Assembly (NCBI GenBank): GCA_951406725.2
Contig: OX597816.1
Span: 42,222,001 to 42,286,000, forward strand
From: Octopus vulgaris
Taxonomy: Eukaryota
DNA: 64,000 nt
Reading direction: 5' to 3'
Shown: piece by piece, positions 1 through 11,979 of the stretch
Position numbering within the stretch: the first letter of the stretch is position 1
Layout of the letters: every line of letters starts with the position of its first letter
Notes under the pieces: generated by a model
Told to the model about the DNA's origin: nothing
The model's database searches: none
The model's input: the letters and a program-made list of their open reading frames with translations, nothing else
Position numbers and translations under genes: made by a program

Positions 1-200
1 ATATATGCCTTTTCGTGGACAGAGAGACAGACAGATAACAGTGATAAACATTTCCAACCATGCACAAAACTATGGAAACAATGCGCACATGTATACATAT
101 ACATATATATATATGTATGTCCACACCCACAAATACACAGACACACATACGCAGACACACACTTATACGCTGGCAGTGTAGCAAGTCATAAAAGCAGTAA

Positions 201-396
201 CCTTCTTCCGTTTTCGCCTCATACGTCGTTAGAAACATTTCATCTGCTATTTTTGAATCCTCTCTGTTGTCATGTAATCCTATATTTTCATGCAATTGTC
301 TAACTCTATAGTTTTTGTACGCGTCACTGTCAGTCGTTGTAGTTTCGGATGCTGTGATTACCTGCTGCCTGCGTGGGCACTCATAGCATGGGCTTT
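201..396 (-). CDS. Candidate host-gene exon (unidentified), SPCYECPRRQQVITASETTTTDSDAYKNYRVRQLHENIGLHDNREDSKIADEMFLTTYEAKTEE
   Basis: Minus strand ttttcag acceptor (AG at 398-397) followed by a stop-free, non-repetitive ~65-codon frame; donor (AAG/gttact near 201) is weak. Confidence 0.35.
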
Positions 397-1677
397 CTGA
401 AAAATTTTAAGACGTCACCAATCCAGTGAATACTTGTGTTAATAGTGTATCTTTAAATTCTGTGAATGAGGTAGGTTACGTCATAGATAGCATTTGATTG
501 ATTGATTCTAGTTTCAGCTCATGAGCTGTGGCCATGCTGGGGCACCGCCATTATGTAATTATTTACTCAAACATCATTAAGAGTATATGAAGGTTACGAA
601 AATCACCCCCCCCCCCAAAAAAAAAAAAATAAACACCAAAAATAGAAAATAAACTATAATAAATTATTTGTGTAGCATTGAAAGTTTGGAAAAAAAAATT
701 AGGGTTATGCAAGAAGAAAAATAATTGTAAGAAAAAATTAAGGAAACAAAATCCTATTTTTAATATTCTCTCCCAAGGAAACAGAAATATTTCATAACCA
801 TTCTAATTAAATTTTAACAATACGTCCTGATTTCTGCAACGGTTTTTGTAATTTTTGAAATCGAATTTTGCAGGTGTTCTGTTTTCACACACGCATAAAC
901 ACCCACATGTGCACAAATCATGTTTTCCTTTCAATTAGGCATAACTCATTTCTCCACATTGTTGCGGTCGATGCATACGATGTTCAGTTTCAACAATGAA
1001 TGAGAATTTTCAGTGTTTTATCTGCAGGGCAAAGATTTTAAAAGGCAGTTTACTAAGTGGTGCCCCGCTAAACAATTGTGCAAAAAGTGGATTGGTAGTT
1101 TAATTTTTCACGTTTAAAATCCGTTTGCTCTCTCCTCATCTATCCTTACCGCAGAATAAACTTAGGCTGCATAAGTTAAAGGCTCCTTCCTGTCTCCCTA
1201 AGTGTCAGTCCCCTGTTAGTACAATGCCTGTGCTTCTGTATGTGCACGCGTGCATAATGTGTGTGTATGTATATGGATAGATAAATATATAGATAGATGA
1301 ATAGACAAACATATAGACACATAGATAGAGAGATAGTTATATAAATAGGTAAATACAGATATACATGACATTATAGAAAAGACAAGTGAACAAGACATTA
1401 TGCAATTGACTACATTATCTTTCCGCTCTATCTGCCATTAATTGCAACGCATACATAGTCGAGGGTTTGTATATGAACGTATAGCTTTGTCGGAGCTTCG
1501 GATATGTAACGCAATATAAGCATGTTATAGAAAGAACAGCTGTAAGCTAATGTAGTCTATTGCACGATTTCCAGTTCCCTTTTCATTTATGCCATCTTTT
1601 GTTATGCCTCATATTCGACTAACGCTTTTCTCTGAAGCATATGTATATATATATATATATATGTATATATATGTATA

Positions 1678-1710
<33 letters not shown>

Positions 1711-2967
1711 GTAAATACATAGAAAGACAAGCAGATAGATATAGCGAGTTAGATGGATAGATTCACAAGCAAAAATACATGTGTCTGTATGCGCATAAAT
1801 TTAAATTGCATAAGAGCAACTGCAATTATGTTGTTATCGTTAGCATTGTTTTTTCCTGTTCATCTTTGAACTCACAATCTAAATAAAAATGGACGGCATA
1901 CTCAGAGAAAGAAACTTCTCTTGCGATTCACAGCATATCAATCCCAACATTATGCAATGTATCCAATTTCTGAAAAAAAATATGTGTAGGTTTACTTCCA
2001 GAAATTTCTGAGATCTAATTCAATCGATCCTGTAGAGACGATCAGTGTTGTAACGAACCTGATATATGTCATAAATTAGTGACTTTTTTTCGTCCAAGTG
2101 AACATGCATGATTTTGGAGATTACAACTACCTAAAATGCAGCAAATCAGGTATTTTTTACAAATTTATAAATTAATAAATATAAATTTTTCGCCTACGTT
2201 AAAGACCGCATCGAGAATTGGTCACCCGACAGGTTGGTATATGATCACCCACCGACACACCGCATGCAGTAACTGACAAAGGCTCTTTCTGCTGACTTTT
2301 CTACTCCTAACTACATTCTAGAGCCTAAGCACGTTATTAATTCCTATGCTGTGACCTTGTTTCTAAAACCATCGATATCATGGTATTCTCTTCCCGCTTC
2401 TATTACTAATTCAAGACATACAATGTCATTAACATCCAAGAAGAGCATTAATATCATTAATTCTAACAGTCTTTGATTAGCAAGAAACGTCTGCCTTTCG
2501 ATGCCCAGATATTTGAAATGAAATTTATTTTCGGATTTCGGATATGGTTTAGATAACATTATGCTGGACTGATTTAAAGACGTTCACAAACTGAGGTGAA
2601 TAGCGTTTTTCTTTTACAATGCTAATATTACCTAATGCTTCTGTTGTTTTGAAAGGTGCAATTGTGTAATTTGTGTCAGATTTGGCATCTATTGCTTCCA
2701 GATGACACAGACTCTGTGACTGGTAATTTATTATGAAATGGTGCAGTATTTTATTTCTCTGATACATTTCAATATAGAGGCAAATTAAATTACTCATAAT
2801 TTTCCCATTTATTTTCCCGTTTTCTATAAATTATTTTATTTTTTTATGTCTGTATAAAGTCAATATATTCGTTTAGCTGTATTGTTGTACTGAAAAACAA
2901 CAAAATATGATGGTTTACTTCAATTAACCCCCATATATTTAAAATATTTTTCCTATGTATATGTTTA

Positions 2968-3004
<37 letters not shown>

Positions 3005-5044
3005 TCACATACACATATGAACGCCCCACTATATATATAAATGTATACACTTGCAAACACAAGCACACACATGTACTTGTGTGTGTGTATATAATTGAGG
3101 GACCGCCAGAGACTGCTTTTCTAACACAATTTATGTTTGTTAGTTTAATGCATAAATTTATTCAATGAATTTCGTTCTGTTAAAATTTTCAAGGTAACGT
3201 GCTATACAGCATATTCAGTATATTGAAACACTAGAAATTGTACAACTTATATTTTTTGTGGCAAAAAAATATAAGATCAACCAGAAATCGAATGAACATT
3301 ATTGCAACAACTTCCCGATCTATGACTGGAACGGTTTAGAAAACGATAAAAGAAATTTGCAGAGATGTCTTATGTCGTATAGACATCCCTTCTTTTACAT
3401 AGTTATGCTTGTTAGTTGGCGTCTAAATTCACTGTGAGGAAAGTATATTCGGTAAATCTCTTTTAGAAGATGCTAGCAAAAACAGGAAATTTGAGGCGGC
3501 GGAGCATTTCTTGGTTCAAAATACAATTTCCGTCGATTTTTATTTTCTTCAACAAAGAAAGCTGTCATTCCGTTACTAGAAGTAATGAACTGGAAAAAGT
3601 GGTGGATACTAAAAGTATTTACCATTGTTCCAACTTACTGGTGCCTAGTTATTAAGGGAAATATGAATCCCATAACATTTCAACAATAAAGTAATTTTAA
3701 AGTTAAACTGAAATATAATGCGAAATAAAAAATCAAATATCGAATAAACAAACAGTTGTGTAACAATTTTGAAATGACCATTATATCTCCTTTGTTCTTG
3801 AGATTCTGAATGCTGTCTTTTAATTCTGTTATTTTGTTATAGTTTTCTCTTACACTCTCACTGTTATCACTAAAAATAGTTCATTGTCCACTGTCCATCT
3901 TCCTATTTGTATCTCCTGAGTCTCCCTCTGAAACCGTAATGCACTGGATATTAGTGTCATCTTATGTGCGCACTATTTATGTTTTGATTTTGACTGATTT
4001 TCTTCCATCATCTTTGGCTGTATCATTTCATTCATTTACTATGGTATCAACTCATCGCTTTCGATCCATAGTGATGTTTACTTATACACGAATTTAAGTT
4101 AAAATTTTCATTTCATAACCGTTTGATTTTCTTAGTTATAGAAAGAATATATTTCTGTTTACCATTAAATAGAAAAATAACACTTTTCACAGAGGAACAT
4201 TTTACATTTTGCTAGGGAAAACTCTCACTTTTTGTTTCAATGGAGTATTGTTATATATGAAATGATTATAACGTTTCTCGTGCAAAATATTAAAGACGTG
4301 TAAAACTGATAACGTAGAGTGTGAAGAAAGTTTGCGGTGCAAAATTTTTGCAAAAATGTGGGAAGATAGTGAATGATAAAAGAAAATTGAAATACATTTC
4401 TTGCCATAATATTGTGTGCCGTAGCATGACATGAAAAGTATTTTCCTTGGAAAAAGTGAATTAGTCTTCCATGAAAATGGAATCATTAACTGTATTATTC
4501 TTAGAAAATGAAATTATGTAGAAACGAAAGTAGTTCATAATGATAGTAAAATAAATGGAGGACAAGTAGACTGCCAGCTAGTTAATATCAACCCTCTGCT
4601 AGCATTAAAGCCTTATGAACGTTTGTGCAATAATGTTTTGCAGTAAATTTATTTAATGGAATTTATATTGTTTTATACCACTTAGAATGATGTATTTGAA
4701 GCACTATCACTAAAAGACTAGTAGCTTCGTGTATTATCGATACTGAAAACTGATAGAGTTGAACAATTATTTAAAATTCTTGAATATGTAGCGTTTTATA
4801 ATTAAAAAATGTTATCTATATATCCACAATGAAACACATTCACAATTTCGCGACATAAAATCTACTACCTTTGATTGCACCTGCTGCGCAAGAATAACCA
4901 TATGCTGTGAAAACTATAATAATATTCTAAATATTTACACGTGTTTGCATACCTGTGTGTGTACAGGAATGCATTTTGCATGGAAGTTTCTGTATCTCTA
5001 CGTATCTCTAGGTATACGTGTACTCTATCAATTTAAGATATCAT

Positions 5045-5075
<31 letters not shown>

Positions 5076-5088
5076 GTGTGTGTGTGTA

Positions 5089-5562
5089 AAGTATACTAGC
5101 CATCTCAATATGGCTAACCACGAAGGGTGGGTGTGACTGTAGCTTTTAGCCCCAGGAGATCATCGTCTTCAGCTGACTTTAGGTACACTTTCTGAGCCCT
5201 ATGCGACATGCACGGACTGCAGTTTCTAGGTTTTTGCCTGTCTTCAGCGTACAGCAGTCACCAGTGTACTATGAAAGGGAGACTTGTTTGCAAATACTTA
5301 TAGGTTTTTGTAGTAACTTCCGTCACTGATTTCTAAAAACTGTCTACAAGCAATAATATATTTCTGAACGAGATGTAAACAGTAACTGCTCGACAACGTA
5401 AAGTATACTAGCCATCTCAATATGGCTAACCACTAAGATAATCTCCTGGGGCTAAAAGCTACAGTAACACCCACCCTTAGTGGTTAGTCATATTGAGATG
5501 GCTAGTATACTTTACGTTGTCGAGCAGTTACTGTTTACATCTCGTTCAGAGATTTATTATTG

Positions 5563-5565
<3 letters not shown>
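5089..5565 (+). mobile_element. Short non-coding Penelope-pLTR/retrozyme-like element (312-bp unit, direct repeat plus inverted copy)
   Basis: aagtatactagccatctcaatatggctaaccac at 5089 and 5401; 5438-5565 is the reverse complement of the unit junction; flanked by TA/TG microsatellites. Confidence 0.7.
5357..5407 (+). ncRNA. Hammerhead-like ribozyme, type I, non-canonical core
   Basis: Stem I tatattt/aagtata (7 bp with one GU); CTGAACGA; weak stem II; GACAA; palindromic acgt; GTA cleavage triplet ending at 5400. Confidence 0.5.
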
Positions 5566-5621
<56 letters not shown>

Positions 5622-7254
5622 TTCAGATTTTCAGAATATAAGTGTTAAAACTAACATCAACATATAGCTTTCTCTTAGTAATTACTAGATACTACTAATA
5701 TGGTTTGTAAGCCGAGCAATGATTTGATAGAGTCATTACATTGTTGAATATATGCTTCGAAATTCGTTGGTTTTAGTTCAAATCCTGCCTTGGTCAAATG
5801 TACTTTCGCTTTTGTTTTTTTCGATTGTCGACAAAATGTACCGACCCATAATACTGAATGCCTGGAAGTGTAACAGACTACGGCCAATGCTTTGCAGTAT
5901 TTGAAAAAATTCTAGGCATCCTTCGTTCTAAAATATTCTATCACCCAGTTGGATATTACACACCATCTGTCATCCGTTTTAGAACTACCATCGTGTACCT
6001 TCGGGATAGGCCAGTTTTAAAGATGCTTGCTGTTCCTAACCCTAGTTTTGATAATCTTTGCATGCTAATAAGCTTTGCCTTCTCCTCTTACTAATATTTT
6101 ATCAATGGTTTTTACAGTATCTAAAATTCACATGCAAGCGACTAAAGAACCGTGGAAAATATATTTCATTTATGCATCATAAGTGTGCGAATAATTTACG
6201 TTATTTTTTACGCTATTTTTCACGATCTAATTACAATGTTCTCACATTCTAATCATTCACTTAGCTTATTATTACTAAGTAAAAATAGCTTTCTAAAACT
6301 ATTGTTATGAGTGTCATTTTTAACATAATGTTAACTATTTTCTTAACCTTACAAATTACACAGGTTAAAATGTCAAATCAATCCGCACACCATATAAAAT
6401 GTTATTTAGACACCAGGCACTATGAGCTTATGCACAAGTTTAATACTTCTTTCATTTAGTTTTAAATCAACTCAATATATGCTAATGAAAAGTGTTTTAA
6501 CATTTCGTTACTTTGATTTACTATGCTTATTGTAGGTAATATGTTATTTTAATGTTGTTTTAGAAATTAAAGTCTAAATTTATTTACTTTTATGCTAACT
6601 CAAATTCAATCCTAAGCACCAAGTAGACAGCCGCCAAATCGTAAACAGGAGAATACGTTGAATTAGTATGCGTTCTCTTACGCAATGGGAATGAAAATCT
6701 GTAGATTTCGCTTTTACAATATATCTCATTTCTTCCTTCTAAATAGCCAGTAGTTTAGCTGAATATTTACTGCGAGATATAATATATAATATTCCCATCT
6801 GAACATTTACGTCAATTTTACAATCCATTTGACATCAGACAATTATTACTCACCTAAGTAGTAAGAAACTTCACATGTAAGTCCACAACTGAACTTGAGC
6901 AGCATTACAGTATGGTCTCCGAAATATTTCCAAAATGTCGTATTTTGTTGATCCGTCAAAGACGAAAGCGATGAATAACTTGGGCCTCTACTATTAGCAC
7001 AAGGCCTGAAATTTTGGTTGGCTTAGACCCCGAAAAATGAAAGGCAGATGGGAATTCGGTAGAATTTGAAATTAGAATTTAATAATGGACGAAATGATGC
7101 TCGGCATTCTGTCCTGCCTGCTGAGGATTATGCTGGCCCACAGTCTTAACTGTGCATAATATTGGCTTCAAATTGTGGAAATATAACCCCAGCAAGTTCG
7201 GTGGAATAGATAAGTCGATTACATCTGCCCAATTCCTCAAGTGCTAGCTATGTT

Positions 7255-7445
7255 CGCTTCTACTCTAAGCACAAGGCCCGACATTTTGGGCGAGCGGAAA
7301 TCGGTTAGACTGACCCCAGTATGCAACTGGTACTTAATTTATCGACCCCGAAAGGATGAACGGCAAAGTCGACCTCGACGGAATTTGAACTCAGAACATA
7401 AAGACAGTCCGGCGTCTTAACGCTTCTTCCAGCTCACTGCCTTAA
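7255..7445 (-). mobile_element. tRNA-derived SINE (family B); further diverged copies near 6990-7150, 33835-34000 and 53535-53720
   Basis: Minus strand ttctgagttcaaattccgtcgaggtcgactttgccgttcatcctttcggggtcgataaattaagtaccag (B-box-like GAGTTCAAATTCC); motif recurs in the window. Confidence 0.7.
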
Positions 7446-7489
7446 TAAAAATAAAAATAATAATATTAATAATGATAATAATAATAATA

Positions 7490-8935
7490 ATATCTTGCAA
7501 ACAACTTGCACATGCAAGTGCTACCAGTTAAAAGCTCCGTATATCGGAAGCTAGCAAGTGTATGGGGTCATCAGGAGAGAATGCGCGCCGTTTCGGGGCC
7601 TACCTCTCGACGGCATCAATGCGCACCGGCCCCCCTCACTGATATGAGGCCCCGCTTGCTAGATCAGCTGGTTATGATGAACTTAATATACTTCTAGCCA
7701 TCGCTCATCGTCTCTTTTTAACCAAATCCAGTGGCTAGCCTTCTCCACTGTAGATTGGATATCAGTCATGGTGGTATTGACTTTACGATGAGTTAGGCCT
7801 AACGATAACAACAGTCGTCTCACGCTGTGTCCTACAAACCCTCTACATCCGACTTCGATAGGAAAATGTTCCGCTTTCAAGCCTGCGTCTTCATATGAGA
7901 CGCCATCACCTCCTAGGGCACTCTTCGCTCTAGCTTTTCTTACGAAGTCATTCACCTCTCTCTCCCTGATGTCCCCAATCTGGAATTCGATATCAGGTCC
8001 TGAGAGATGATTTAGCCCATGTAGAGATGGCAGCGGCTGATTACGGTGCGGATCGCTGTAGGTTTTATACAGCAACGCAAGGCCAGGTTTCTCATCTAGT
8101 GCAGCACATCTCCATCTCTTTCTTAAGTCGGACTTTTCCTTCCTCAACTGCTGCATTTTTCTGATCCTCCTGCTTGGTCCACACTTTCCTTTCTCTAGTC
8201 GGATATTCTCTTTTATTCCAAATAAATCTCTTGCTACATCGTATATTGAGCTTGATAATTTTCCCAGTTTTTCCACTGTAGAGCCTGCCATTTTATAAAG
8301 AGTCCGACAAACCTTGTTTTCAAACTCTTTATATTTCACTTTCTCATTAGCAGCAGGCCACAAAACCCTCGGTTTCCTCTGAGTATTATCCGATGCACCA
8401 GTTTCATGACTTGTAGTTTCTTCACGTGAAGAGTTCTGTGCTGTAGCATTTATCGATCCGCTGTGGTTTGAGTCCGGGGATGATTTGCCACGTGTTTTAC
8501 GATCTGACGATCCACACTGCTCTGTCCTCTTCTCACAAGTCTTTCCCTGATGTATCTTCAAGCCTCTCTCAGTTGCAAAGGTTCTATAGCACAGCTTGCA
8601 TCCAAAGTTGTTTGCATTTCGTCCGCTGTTCGAATGAATAATCATGTTCGTTTCAAAGGTCGTTTCCGTGCTGACTGGGTTTGATTGATTCTCGACTCCC
8701 CCCTCTCGGTCAATCATGGGGCTGTCTTTTCCTGTTATGTCTGTTACAATAAAATACAGAGGCGAGGATCGTAAGTCCGTAGCCTCCGCCAGTCTTTCCT
8801 GGGCTGAAAGTCTTTCCTATTGTCCGCTGGTCTTTCCGAGCAGTCCTCTTGTCTTTCCAAGATGCCTAACCGTCTTTCCGGTTTGTCAGTGGTTACCTAC
8901 CACAAGGTCTTAGATATCTTGCAAACAACTTGCAC

Positions 8936-8937
<2 letters not shown>
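7490..8937 (-). mobile_element. HERO-like RLE non-LTR retrotransposon, internally deleted (no RT), in (AAT)n
   Basis: ORF has N-terminal zinc finger CKLC..H....C, WP motif, TYSDP, and C-terminal IEVGCRGF...EKASHWIWLKR typical of HERO-type RLE elements; 24-bp terminal direct repeat; flanked by (AAT)n. Confidence 0.75.
7683..8717 (-). CDS. 344-aa deletion-derivative ORF of the HERO-like element (zinc finger plus RLE C-terminus)
   Basis: ORF track; the pre-RT motif ARAKSALGGDGVSY is joined directly to EDAGLKAEHFPIEVG, so the RT core is absent. Confidence 0.65.
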   Translation of the reverse strand: MIDREGGVENQSNPVSTETTFETNMIIHSNSGRNANNFGCKLCYRTFATERGLKIHQGKTCEKRTEQCGSSDRKTRGKSSPDSNHSGSINATAQNSSREETTSHETGASDNTQRKPRVLWPAANEKVKYKEFENKVCRTLYKMAGSTVEKLGKLSSSIYDVARDLFGIKENIRLEKGKCGPSRRIRKMQQLRKEKSDLRKRWRCAALDEKPGLALLYKTYSDPHRNQPLPSLHGLNHLSGPDIEFQIGDIREREVNDFVRKARAKSALGGDGVSYEDAGLKAEHFPIEVGCRGFVGHSVRRLLLSLGLTHRKVNTTMTDIQSTVEKASHWIWLKRDDERWLEVY

Positions 8938-9340
<403 letters not shown>

Positions 9341-9364
9341 GTAAATTAAGTAATGTACTTAGAG

Positions 9365-10455
9365 TCATAATGGAGAATACAAGGTTAACTGACGCTGAAA
9401 TTTGACAAGTTAGGACACAAATGTCTCATGGTAAACAAATGAAAACAGCAAAAATAGAGATGAAATAGATTACAGATGCACAGATCCGAGTTTACCATCA
9501 GTACATCCCAAAGAGGACGCTGAAGAAAGAATAGCGAACAACACATATGCGGAAAAAGCGGAAAAAGCAGATCTAGCAGATCTAACTCAAGAGAACCAGA
9601 AGAAATATGACACAGACTTTGAGGTGAATAAAAAAAAATAAGATCATAGAAGAAAAAAATATAAGAGAATTCAGCAAAACTGTATTCACTTACATGATCA
9701 ATAGAGAACCACTAACACAGTTCTCAAGCAGCATAGAAAGCAAAAACATAATCATGATATATAATGTTGCTCTTAGACAGATATTGAGAAATATGAGATA
9801 TTGAGCTAACGACCTTAAATGACCTCATCTATTTCACTACGAAAATTGTAACTGCTCAACTAGGTATCAGAACGACACGCAAAAGAACCAACCATGTCAA
9901 TAGACCTATTAAGTGGAAAGTACTAATACAAAAAGAGATCGAATCTTTGCGAGCGGGTGCATCAGATCTCGATGACCTTGCTAGAAGAGTAAATGTGATG
10001 AAAAATGAAAAATGCTAGAAAAATTAAGCAAATATATAAAATGAAAACTTTTATAATCTTTCCTGCAACCAAGAAATAATTGAAGAAACGAAGACAACCG
10101 GTAGCCCAACGACTTAGAAGGTATTATAAAAGAATCAAATTTCATCGACAAAATACGATATTCCAGGCAGATGCAAACATATTTTATACGGAAATTGGCA
10201 AAAGTAAGTCAGATTAAATGATCCACCAAAGACAGAGGAAATGGAAGATTTCTGGGAAAAGATATGGAGCAACGAAACGAAAACGAATATAATGCTAAAT
10301 GGATAGAACGTGAGAAAGTGAAACTGCATAAACTTCAAGATCAGAAATGGGAGGCAATAGAAATAGAAGCGCTAAGATGTGTTCTTAAGAAGTTTCACAA
10401 ATGGAAAACCCTAAGTCTGGACTGAATTCCTAACTTCTGGTTGAATTGTTTGACA
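9365..10455 (+). pseudogene. Degenerate R4/Dong-like LINE, N-terminal to pre-RT region
   Basis: Fragmentary K/E-rich frames with MEDFWEKIWS and IPNFWLN pre-RT motifs; many stops. Confidence 0.55.
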
Positions 10456-11600
10456 TAATTGCTGTTCAAGATAATTCCACAAGTCAGTATCGCAAATACA
10501 GTGGACGACTGCGTGCAGAACGGTTTCGTTGCTCTGCGTGCATTTCGGGCAGGTATGTCTGACAGTACCTCTGAGCCTGTTGTGTTTATCTCGAACCGCC
10601 AATGCCCTCCGCTAGCACTGCCAAGCTAGGGACTTCTGGAAGTTGTCCATCGTCACCGGCTTGAAAGTTCACCTGAACAGATTGGTTATTTCGATTTCGT
10701 CAACGCCTAGAGTCTATCCAAGAACGTCATTGCTCTTTTCCTCCATGAGCCCTCAAGAATGCATGTTCTAGTGATCGCATTGCCCGGCTGGTAGAGGGCA
10801 GTCAGTGTCTGGCACCATTCCAGACGCCAGTCACCCCTCCTCGGGATCTTCTTGACAGAGAATTGCAGCTCAGACAAGGAGACGAACTGTTTGGCTAACG
10901 GCGACCAGACCTGTTTAACAGAATATCTGGAGATGCCGCAGCCTGACGGCATGTATGAACATCATAAGCCACAGCATGCCCAACCCACCGTCAAGAGGGT
11001 GTTGGCAGCAGATGGACCACCTCCCCAATGGAACCTGTCCCCTCCACAGGAATTTGAATAGGAGGTGTTCAAATTCGGCGATGCGCGATCGGGGAAAATG
11101 TACAATGGCCAAACGGTAGTAGATGACAGACGCAATGTACGCATTCGCCACCTCTGCTCGATCTTTCAGTGATAATCTTAAATTCTGTGCTAAGCAGAGT
11201 TATGGGCCCACAAATTATCTAACGTGTCCCTCATTGATTTCGCTTTTCTTTATCACCATAATTACGCCCCGTTCCACAGAACTGGGAATATTCCCGTTCT
11301 AATGCCAGTTACAGGAGAGTTATTCGAGGAGATCAGAGAACAAGTCTGGCATATTTACGTGAAGTTCATGTGGAAGACCATCTAAACCTGGTGACCTGTG
11401 CTTCCTTCAACCGACAAGGGCATCCTGAAATTTGGCTGAAGTTATTTGCCTTACATATCGCTCAGCGTCAAACAGACGCGACAAACATCGAGCTAGGAAC
11501 TGAAGTCCGCCACCATCTCCACCCCTTCATTCCCTTCGAACACCCGAGCAAATTCTGGCGAAAGGCCTCACACATCTGCCTTGAATGGCTCAGCTCGTGT
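10456..11600 (-). mobile_element. Degenerate Tx1/L1-like LINE ORF2 fragment (post-RT region and CCHC zinc knuckle)
   Basis: LFKFLWRG...PLDGGLGM and CPKC...ETVLHAVVHC in ORFs 10915-11151 and 10411-10602. Confidence 0.7.
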
Positions 11601-11879
11601 CCGTCTCAGTTCGTGACCATGTAAGGATTTGAATATCTCCATTAATTGCGTTTCAAATTGTGTGACGAAGACATTTGCGATAACTGCCATTTGGTTACCT
11701 ATGGTGCATCATTTCATCCGATGGAAAAATTTTTCTTCAAATCTCATTGTGTTACTTTGTAACACAAAATTTAATAATGGTGATGCTGATAATAATAATG
11801 ATGCTGCTGATAATATTAATAATAATAATAATAATGATAATAATAATATTAATAATGATAATAATAATAATAATAATAA

Positions 11880-11943
<64 letters not shown>

Positions 11944-11979
11944 TATAATAATAATAATAATATAATAATAATAATAATA

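Noticed and set aside
2344-2797. Two adjacent minus-strand ORFs
   Set aside because: No recognisable motif or convincing splice signals
3790-4080. Purine-rich, coding-looking minus-strand stretch
   Set aside because: Stops in the frames I checked and no clear exon boundaries
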